NCBI GenBank assembly: GCA_001275005.1
Contig: JWZX01002403.1
Location: forward strand, 1-37,221
DNA: 37,221 bases
Source of the DNA: Chrysochromulina tobinii
Taxonomy: Eukaryota
Direction: 5' to 3'
Shown here: piece by piece, positions 29,219 to 37,221 of the stretch
Layout of the letters: each line of letters starts with the position of its first letter
Position numbering within the stretch: position 1 is the stretch's first letter
Notes under the pieces: generated by a model
Database searches by the model: none
Seen by the model: the letters and a program-made list of their open reading frames with translations, nothing else
What the model was told of the DNA's origin: nothing
Position numbers and translations under genes: made by a program

Positions 29219-32200
29219 ATGGCATCTGCGATAGCACCTGCGATGGCGCCCGCGATGGCCCCTTCTAGCATCATCAGTGTCGTCGTCCGGTCACGGCCCG
29301 GGTCGGCGACAGGTGGCGCTTTGACTGAGCCTACCGTCGAGCCGAACAAGGACGCATTGCAGCAGCGACGACGCATGGCAAGAACTCCACGCGGTGCCAC
29401 GATGACGGGCTGGACAATGGAGCGATTGCAACCTTGGACAGCAGGGCGGCGGCGCTTTGGGCCGGCAGTTGAGCCCTTCTCGGAGAAGCCTTTCTCGGAG
29501 AAACAAACGGCCCAGTTTGTGACGGCCCCGACGCCACGAGCAGCTCGGCCACGGCCACACACGGCCTCGCCCCGGATGCCAAAGCCGACGACGATCGTCA
29601 TCCCGGTGATGAGGCATCCCGACCACCCGTTTTGGAAGGCATCGCCGCGCCCGGCGGCCGGCACGGCCCTCCATGCGGCACGCTCTTCGACCGCGAGGCC
29701 CGCGGCCACTGCATCTACTGCATGCCCTCCGGCGGACTTGCCGCTGGCGCCTCGGAAGGCGAAGCTTTCCGCGGAGGAGGCCGCGGCGATTCGGCTGCAG
29801 GCGCAGACGCGCGGCTCGGCGGCGCGGCAGGAGCTCGGCCGCACAAGGATGGGTGCTCTGCAAGAGCGTGCTCAGCGCGACGCCAAGGCGCAAGCGGAGG
29901 CAGCTGCGCGGCTGCAGAGCGTTCACCGTGGCCGACGCACGCGTCGCAAGCTGCAGGCCGGCGAAGACCCCTCCGCAGTGGCGGTGTCGATGGCGCGGGC
30001 GGCGGCGATGGGCGCGACGGTGATACGCGGAAAAGGCGCTCCCTACGGCGCTCCCACCGCCCACTACGGCGCTCCATCCGTCCTTGAACCGCTTGCCATG
30101 CGAGCACTCGCGCCCGCACCCGCACCGGCCGCAGCTTTCCTTCCCTCGAAATCAAAAATGGACGTTGCCTCCGCTCCTACCGCGCCCCCTCGAAATTTCC
30201 AGTTCGGCAAGGGCGCTCTCCATGAGAAGTTCAAGTGGGCGATCGGGACACAGACGGCATTAATCTCGGCATCCAAGGGAGCGGCCAGCCTTGGGTCTCA
30301 CCTTGAGGCCGCGGATCTCACCTATGTGGCCTTTGACCCGCTGGAGCCAGAGGACATGGAACTCGCAGCTGCAGCAGCAGACCACGACGACGACGCAGGG
30401 GGAGCGCCGGGCAGCCATGTCGGGCGCGCGGCACTTTCTCGGAAGGAGGAGCTCCACGCGATCTCGAGGCTCAGATCGCTCTTCAACGTCGCAGATCGCA
30501 AGCTTCGCGCCGTGTCGGGCGGCATGTCGGCCGCTGCGGCGGAGGGCAGCAGCTCGGAGCGAGCTACGTTTGAACGGCGCACCGTGCAACCGCCACTGCT
30601 GAGTGCGGAAGGAGTGGTCTTCACAGCTGACCTTTTCAGAGCGCAGGATGTCCAGCTGCTCGCGGGTGGTTCCCAGATGACCTTTTCACAGCTGCTCACG
30701 GGCGGCGGCGCGAGCCTCCGGTTGGAGCTCTGTGCGAGCGGCTGCCTGCGCTTGCTCCTACCGGCCTCGTCTGCTGCAGCTGCGAGTGCTGGCAGTGCGA
30801 GTGGCACGGCTGCGGCTGAGGCTGCGGCTGCGGCTGCGGCTGGGAACTTTCTTTTTCTCTTTCCCTTGCCGATAGCACTCATCGGCGGGAGCATCTCGGA
30901 GTCTATCTCGGAGAGAGCTGGCCGTGGTGCCCCACTTCTACGGGTTTCTACGGGCGGTACCGTCACGCGCCACGACCCACGATTGGCCCTCGCGACGGGC
31001 GTCGCCAACTGCCGAGGTGACACCCCGCCCATCATCTCGGCTGGAGCTCCGCAGATCCCACTCCCGCCCGCGCACCCGCGACCCGAACACCCGAGCACGC
31101 CGCGCCGGCCCGCCGTGTCAAGCGCCATGCCATCAAGACCCCGGTTCGCGCTTGTCGGTCCGGCGCCACCCCCGGCCTTCCAGTATCACACCTTAGGCAG
31201 CGCCGCTCCGACCGTGGCTCCGACCGGCGCTCACCACGGTGTCGGCCTGATCTATCGATCTCCCGCGATCTCTCGACCTCCCTCGGCCGCCTCGCGCCCG
31301 TCGCGCCCCACATCGGCGGCCTCCCAGAGAGATGCCAGCGCAGGGCCTTCCTCTCGAGTCAGCTCCGCAGCCCGCACACGTGCCGACGGCGGCGCGACGG
31401 CTCGAGCTAGTGGGCCGAGCTGCGGCGGCGTGGTGAGCGAGCCTGCCAATGCAGCGTGGACGCCCGACTCGTTCACTGCACGCTTCGAAATAGATCTCAG
31501 CGCGGCGGTGCCGCTCGCGCTCCGTTCGCGCGCATGGTGGCGTCTCGCCCTCCTCTATCTCACCTCCGAGACCACGAGCTCGGTGGCCTTCGAGAGCGGC
31601 TTTGCCCTGCGGTGGCTCCAACACCAACGGTTGGTTCACCAGACCAGAAGCGGCGCCACGCCACCGCACCCAGCCCTCACTGCCAAGCTCCTCGAGAAGC
31701 ACGGCCCGTTGGGCGTCGTGGCCCTCGGCAACGGTGCTCGCGATGGTGCCTTTGAAGCTCTCCGAGACGCGACAGTCGCGGCCGCCGCCGGCACGCTCGG
31801 CGAGGTCGCTCACACGGTGGCCGCCGCCCCTGTGCCGACCGTCTCCAGCGGCGCTGAGGCTGCGTACGCGCGCTGGCTGGCCGGGAGCTCACAGCAGTCC
31901 GGCCGCTCCAACCTCGTCGCGCTCTCGCGACGCGCGGCTGTGCTTCGTCAAGGCCTCGCGGCGCTCCACGTGAGCGTCGGCACGGCGGCGGCCGCGGAGG
32001 CTCCCGCGGCCGTGCGCAGGGCGGCCGATATGCTTTCCGAAGAGGTTCTCCACGAGCAGCTGGCACTGCAGGCCGTGCGCGACGAGGCGGCGACACACAC
32101 TGAGCTACCTGCGCGAGTGGTCACCGCGGTGCTCCACGTCGTCGGCGGCGAGCGGCTGCGGCTGGTGAGTGTCGCACAGGTGCAAGCACCAACCCATGTG

Positions 32201-32491
32201 TACGTGCGCGTCGTGCCAAGCACCTCAGAGCTCCTCGTGGACGGGCTCAAGCCGGGGACGCTTCTTGGTGCTCTACCCGGACTGAGCGGTGCCGTGCTCG
32301 CCGCGAGCGCGGGCCAGCTTGCACCGGGCGCGATCGCGGCAAGCTTCCGGCTCGTGCTGCGCTCGTATGAGCTCGAGCTGATCGCACCCTCGGAGGAGAG
32401 GGCGCGCCTCTGGGTACGCGGCGTCAACCATCTGCCGCTTGGCGGCAAGCACCGGACGCTTCTCGCCCTCGCGCGCAAGCATGCGCTCTAG
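29219..32491 (+). CDS. 1090-aa protein with two IQ motifs and a C-terminal PH-like domain
   Basis: IQ motifs AAIRLQAQTRGSAARQE and AAARLQSVHRGRRTRRK. The C-terminal FRLVLRSYELELIAPSEERARLWVRGVNHL fits the PH last strands and Trp helix. Confidence 0.75.
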   Translation: MASAIAPAMAPAMAPSSIISVVVRSRPGSATGGALTEPTVEPNKDALQQRRRMARTPRGATMTGWTMERLQPWTAGRRRFGPAVEPFSEKPFSEKQTAQFVTAPTPRAARPRPHTASPRMPKPTTIVIPVMRHPDHPFWKASPRPAAGTALHAARSSTARPAATASTACPPADLPLAPRKAKLSAEEAAAIRLQAQTRGSAARQELGRTRMGALQERAQRDAKAQAEAAARLQSVHRGRRTRRKLQAGEDPSAVAVSMARAAAMGATVIRGKGAPYGAPTAHYGAPSVLEPLAMRALAPAPAPAAAFLPSKSKMDVASAPTAPPRNFQFGKGALHEKFKWAIGTQTALISASKGAASLGSHLEAADLTYVAFDPLEPEDMELAAAAADHDDDAGGAPGSHVGRAALSRKEELHAISRLRSLFNVADRKLRAVSGGMSAAAAEGSSSERATFERRTVQPPLLSAEGVVFTADLFRAQDVQLLAGGSQMTFSQLLTGGGASLRLELCASGCLRLLLPASSAAAASAGSASGTAAAEAAAAAAAGNFLFLFPLPIALIGGSISESISERAGRGAPLLRVSTGGTVTRHDPRLALATGVANCRGDTPPIISAGAPQIPLPPAHPRPEHPSTPRRPAVSSAMPSRPRFALVGPAPPPAFQYHTLGSAAPTVAPTGAHHGVGLIYRSPAISRPPSAASRPSRPTSAASQRDASAGPSSRVSSAARTRADGGATARASGPSCGGVVSEPANAAWTPDSFTARFEIDLSAAVPLALRSRAWWRLALLYLTSETTSSVAFESGFALRWLQHQRLVHQTRSGATPPHPALTAKLLEKHGPLGVVALGNGARDGAFEALRDATVAAAAGTLGEVAHTVAAAPVPTVSSGAEAAYARWLAGSSQQSGRSNLVALSRRAAVLRQGLAALHVSVGTAAAAEAPAAVRRAADMLSEEVLHEQLALQAVRDEAATHTELPARVVTAVLHVVGGERLRLVSVAQVQAPTHVYVRVVPSTSELLVDGLKPGTLLGALPGLSGAVLAASAGQLAPGAIAASFRLVLRSYELELIAPSEERARLWVRGVNHLPLGGKHRTLLALARKHAL

Positions 32492-32940
32492 ATAGAGAGG
32501 ATACTCTGTACAGTAGAGACCACAGGAGACAGGACGCTGGACTGCACAGGACAGACGAGGAAGGCGCCCCCCGGGGGAGTGATAGGGGAGTGACGGGGGA
32601 GATGAGCAGGAGCCTCAGGTAAGACATCGTGATCTTCGCTTCGTGTCTCCAGTCCTAGGACCTAGCTAGTCAGTAAAGCGAATGATGTCCCACACTAATG
32701 CGGACTGTTTCGTTTCTGTTTCGTGTTTGGACCCAAAGCCGAAAGCCGCGCGGCGCGCGCGTCGAGGTGAGGCCTCGCTGCCAGGCCACACACCCTGTCG
32801 CCCGGGCGTGTGCATGCGATCGCAAGCATTCAAATGCAGAATGCCGCGCTCGCTCGCTCCTATTACTCGCGGGAAGGGTTAACCCTAGGCGGAATTCCGC
32901 GTGTTCACACCGCGTTCCTCCGTGCGTGAAGCGGGGAAAA

Positions 32941-33894
32941 ATGCCAACCCTACCTGGGCGGGAGGAGTTGTGGCGAATGGCGTCGGCGTCATCCCTTCTG
33001 AGCTCCCTTCTGAGCTCCCTTCGCATCGCCTGGGCCTCTCTATCCCGCCTATTTGGCCGCATACTGGGGATCCCATCAAGCGAGCAAGCAGCAGTGCTGC
33101 TGCCGGACGAGCCGTCCTCTCCCAAAAGGAGCAGCCGTGCCAGAGTGACCCCGGCACCAATCCTCTGCTTGATGCGCCACTCAAAGCGCCTCGATGCCAA
33201 CGGCCATGCTAGCATCGCAGAGGACGCGTGGCCAGACCGGCCGGTATGGCCATACGATTCACCGATTGCAGACCATGAGCTGCCAAGGGCGGCCGCAGTG
33301 CAGTTGCGTACCCGCGGCTTCGAGCGCTTTGACGCGATCGTCTCATCGCCCTATCGGCGTTGCCTTCAAACGGCGGGCATCTTGGCGCAGGAGCTTGGTA
33401 TCCGTCGGCTCATCATCGACAATCGCCTCGGCGAGGATCTCAATGCGGCAGATCGGTGCTGGGGCGCCGCCGGCATGGCCATCGGCGAGTACTCGTACAT
33501 GAGCACCGAGGAGGCGGCGAAATGGGCCCTGGTCGATGAGAGCGGCGCTGGTGGCGGCCTGGTGCACGTCACGTGGCGGCGAGACGCACATCCAGTGCTC
33601 ACGCAACCAGACGATGTTCACGCGCGCGTTCGCCTGCTGCCGCGGGTCTGCGCCGAGGCGCTACGGGTTTGTCGCGGAAGTACTCTGGCCTTACTCGTGG
33701 TCACACACGGTGATGTCATCAATCACTTCGCGCCCGCCTTTGATTGGAGCCCGGACGTTGGTCGGTACCGCGCGGATGAGTGCGGATGGCTCGTCTGCCA
33801 CGACTTCGAGCCACTAGAGGGCTATGAAGGCGACACCGTGCCGCTCGAGCAGGTGCCACGTGTGCTCGCGGCTGAAGGCGTGTCGGCCATGTAA
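32941..33894 (+). CDS. Histidine phosphatase superfamily (phosphoglycerate mutase-like) protein
   Basis: LCLMRHSKRLD (RHG-like), SSPYRRCLQTA, RLGE, LLVVTHGD. Confidence 0.9.
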   Translation: MPTLPGREELWRMASASSLLSSLLSSLRIAWASLSRLFGRILGIPSSEQAAVLLPDEPSSPKRSSRARVTPAPILCLMRHSKRLDANGHASIAEDAWPDRPVWPYDSPIADHELPRAAAVQLRTRGFERFDAIVSSPYRRCLQTAGILAQELGIRRLIIDNRLGEDLNAADRCWGAAGMAIGEYSYMSTEEAAKWALVDESGAGGGLVHVTWRRDAHPVLTQPDDVHARVRLLPRVCAEALRVCRGSTLALLVVTHGDVINHFAPAFDWSPDVGRYRADECGWLVCHDFEPLEGYEGDTVPLEQVPRVLAAEGVSAM

Positions 33895-34235
33895 GCACGT
33901 GTCGCTTTTCGTCGAGATGGTAGGGTAGTCGAGCTCTTCGCTTGCTTCTCTTTTTTACATAATCAAGTAGATCAGCACGGTAGGTTTCCGACCGGTCCCG
34001 GGCGTGCGTTGAGCGCGTTCGGGTTTACGGCGGTTACGCGCTTCATTCGATTGGTTATACCGTTGTCCGCGGCGCGCCAGCCGCCCGCGCGGCCGTACGG
34101 TACGGACCACGACACGGCGTGGTGCCGACGCCGCGCGGAGCCTCGTGTGAGAATCGTCGGTGACTCGGCGGGCGTCGGGGCGTGTCCCATCCCTCCGCTC
34201 CCCGCCCCACGTGTCTTTTAGAGACACGAATTCTA

Positions 34236-36795
34236 CTAAACAAACTCCACGGACTTCTCCGCGGTGGCTGCCTGAACAGATGAAAGATCGGCCTTCTGAT
34301 AAGGCCTTGTGTCCCTGATACGCAGCTTAGACAACTTGTACGACTGCGAGGAGGTGTGGCGGCGCGCAGTGGCGACGAGGAGCGTCGTGAGCGGCGGCAC
34401 GTAGAGCTGGAGGTTGACGTCAGCATAGTCAAGTTCGCGAAAGGCCACCTCCTCACGCGAAGCGGGCGTGCCCGTTGGGCTCGCTGACAAGTTCGTTTCC
34501 AAGGCGGCCCCGGAGTGCCGCGGCTTAAGCTTGAGGCGATGCCGAGTCACCTTGAATGCAGTGACGAAGACAAGGGCGAAGGCAGCCGAGAACACGAGCA
34601 TGGCAAACGCAAGTGCGACGGCGGGGCTGCGCAGGGTCGCGTCGAGCTCGACGGAGCTGTGAAGGAGGCCACCGTGAAGGAGGCCGCGGTTCTCGAGCTC
34701 CATATGGTAGGCCATGAAGAAGCCAAGGAGGCAGTGGAGCATGAGCGCCGCGGGGAGCACCTGAGTGACTGCAGCGTCGTACATCTTGTCTGACGAGCTG
34801 ACGATCCCCTTGAACCTGCACAGGGCACGATCGGACGCGCGAGGTGAGCAGGAAGAACGCAAACAGGGGTTTGGCGAAGGTTCACGTCTCCCTCGATCGG
34901 ACGTGCGGAACAGCCCGGATTCGTCTACGACCACGCTCATGGCGAGATAGACAAGCACCAGCAGGAAGAAGACAGGGAAGGAGTAACTCCACGCGAGGCC
35001 GTAGACGAGCTGCTTGAGAAGCAGCTGCATCCGAAAGGGCAGGTAGAGGGGATTCTCGGCGGCATACACACGATTCATTTGCTCCTGTGCCATCGCACGC
35101 GGCGCGAGGAGCGTCTTGGCGATGAGCACGTCGAAGATACGCATGCCCTCGACGAACGGGTTGATGAAGAATATGTCCGCGAGCACCATCGAGATGACTG
35201 TGGTCGCCCCGCCATTCGTGTACCACGCGCGATCGAAAAAGCCTCTAGCGCCAACCTGCTTGGTCCAAAGGAATGAGAGAGCCGCGGCAAAGGAGTTGAC
35301 TAGCTGGAAAAAGGTGAGCTTCATCGCGAGCTGCGTCTCGCGATGGTCGAGGCGGATGTCGCGCTCGAAGAACTCTGCGTACGCCGGCGCTGTGAGGAAA
35401 ATGAGCAGGTTGGAGAGGATGATGACGAGCGTCGTCCACAGCGTCGTGCCCAGCTTGGTCGACGAGTTCACATCCAGCGTGTCGGCCACGTTCATGTTGG
35501 TCACCTGGACAATGGCGTACGTAGAGAGGGTACACTGGAGCAGCAAGATGCTGTTGACGATCCAGCGCCTGCAGACGCGTGAGCCAAGTGAGAACTGCAG
35601 ATTTTCCCATAGCACCTGGCTGGGTGGCGGTGGCACCGACGCCTTGAGCGAGACACGCACGTCGACAATACCGCCGCCATGCAAGCTCTTCAGCATGAGC
35701 GTGCGCTGCGGGTTCTTGCGAAGGTCGAGCATGCACGCGCCCGCGTCCGCAGGATAGTTGAATGTCACGAAGCCGACGCCAGCGCACGAAGCACGCTCGT
35801 TCACAGGCCGATTGCAAAGCGCGTCAATTTCGGCGCCGATGCACTTGAGCTTTGCCTCAACCTTGGCGCGCGCGGCCAGGCGATCGCTTCCGAGCGGCGC
35901 TCGGTGCGCCGCGATTCGATAGTAATGGAGCTGCATCTTCAGATCCTGCTGCACGCGCAAGAGCTGCAGATGCTTGCGGTTGGCGCGCGCCAACGAGCAG
36001 CAGACCCACGTCGCCATACGCACCCAACAGCTGTCGCAGCGCTGTGACGAGACTTTCGAAGCTAAGCGAAGGATCGCGCGGGAGACCCTCGATCATCACC
36101 GTGTAGTCTATCACCGAACGCTTGGTCCCGCGGCGTGGGTTGAGTTCAGCGGCCACGGCGCGGTTCGAGCGGGCGCAGTAGCAAAGGATGACCATGGCGA
36201 GAAGGACGATAACCGCGTCGGGCAGCCCGTGCGCGAGCACCGACAGCTCGTCTGAATTGCCGAGCGAATGCACCACGTAGACGGCTGCTTCGGCGCCCTT
36301 CGCCTTCGTTCCCGTCAGATTGTAGATGAGCGGCACGAGTGAAACGAGGACAAGCGGTAGAATCAGATTCCGACCGCCACGCACCATGCGCATGTAGAGG
36401 GCAATGCCAACTCCAAGACGATAGTACGCGCTGAAGCCCGGGACCGGAGCGCCATCGCGCCAGCTGCGGCATGGTTCCGTTAGTGGCTTGCACCGGTAGA
36501 GCCTGCCGTCGTCAGCATGTGGCATGCGATCATCGGCCATTCGCATGGCAAGCTCGAGGTTCAGCGGCATGCGGTAGGCAAGACGAAGCCTGTACTCGAA
36601 CTGAATCCGCTGTGCCGCGCGCTGCTTGCCAATCGATGGCTCTTCGGCCGATGCCATCTCGCAGATCCTTGGGGAAAGGGTGTCGGCGACGGGGGAAACA
36701 ATGGTGCTGGTCGAGGTGTTCTGTTGTAACTCAGCCATTGAGGCTTGAGGTGTCGCGCACGACGCCCGTCCTCCTGTCTTGGCTCGCTGCGCCAT
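34236..36795 (-). pseudogene. OSCA/CSC1/TMEM63-like multi-pass channel with an apparent 1-bp frameshift near 35992 (pseudogene or sequence error); probable intron 34902-34816
   Basis: 5' ORF: LGVGIALY..., HSLGN, SVIDYTVMIEGLP. 3' ORF: GVGFVTFN, PPPPSQVLWENL, KLTFFQLVNS, QEQMN, plus many TM helices. The frames switch at LLLV/ARANRK. Confidence 0.75.
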
Positions 36796-36810
36796 CAGAT
36801 TAATTAAATA

Positions 36811-37221
36811 CTAGACGAGACCCGCGGCGCTAAGCGCCGCGGCGGTGAACTCAAGTCTACACGTATCATGATAATGCAGACACAGTCACATTACATGTAT
36901 CATGACACAGTCACAGGCTTTTTGTTACTGTTCGCTTACATGTAGAGTAGAACATGTCCAGCGGACGGGATAGACAGGTCCGCACATGTAGAACGGGATG
37001 TAGAACATGTCCAGCGGATAGACAGGTCCGCACGTGAACAGCATGATAGACAGGTCCGCACATGAACAGCACGCTCAGTAGACATACGGCTTAACGCCAC
37101 AAAACCCCACGTAAAAAAATTAAAACGGCATGCGATAGCTCGGTCAGACGGCCTGGGGAGCGAAAATTGACCATCGCCAAAATGATCAATTCTGATGATG
37201 TCTCTATGGAATAAGGGTGCC
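36811..37221 (-). mobile_element. Putative Helitron 3' end (non-autonomous portion; 5' end not located)
   Basis: On the minus strand, the perfect hairpin CCGCGGCGCT-T-AGCGCCGCGG (36842-36822) is followed by 7 nt, then CTAG (36814-36811) and T. The interior holds short degenerate repeats. Confidence 0.65.
36948..37070. repeat. Degenerate minisatellite modules
   Basis: ATAGACAGGTCCGCAC at 36970, 37018 and 37046; TAGAACATGTCCAGCGGA at 36948 and 37001. Confidence 0.85.

Noticed and set aside
84..32491. Functional gene cluster (meiosis/centriole/ubiquitin)
   Set aside because: Gene functions are heterogeneous, and nothing in the sequence indicates co-regulation.
36948..37070. CRISPR-like spaced repeats
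   Set aside because: Repeats are only 16-18 bp, irregularly spaced, and the intervening sequences are themselves repeated.

Overview
Gene-dense, GC-rich eukaryotic nuclear DNA. A haptophyte alga (Chrysochromulina/Emiliania-like) is the most likely source; this is inferred from GC-rich coding sequence, short AT-richer spacers, a GC-AG intron, minisatellite-filled introns and TTAGGG motifs. About 14 protein-coding genes can be supported: a putative MEI1/PRD1-like meiotic protein running into a U-box broken by an in-frame TAG; a large spliced hypothetical protein; a CEP120-like centriolar protein; a small hypothetical; a TPR protein; an SKP1-like + F-box-like + 17x BspA-type LRR fusion; a 2090-aa C2/coiled-coil protein; an ATP-grasp-like protein; a secreted Ntn-hydrolase (acid ceramidase/Dcd1-like); an ArfGAP; a spliced protein with motifs of a glycosyltransferase-like family common in viruses; an IQ + PH-like protein; a histidine phosphatase; and a frameshifted OSCA/TMEM63-like channel. 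Non-coding features include a MITE/foldback element, a Helitron 3' end, intronic minisatellites, a dispersed 14-mer and interstitial telomere-like motifs. The most unusual item is the single-chain SKP1-F-box-LRR protein with variable repeat positions, a candidate self-contained SCF substrate receptor. No rRNA, tRNA or CRISPR array was seen. All family assignments come from motif recognition by eye, with no database searches.
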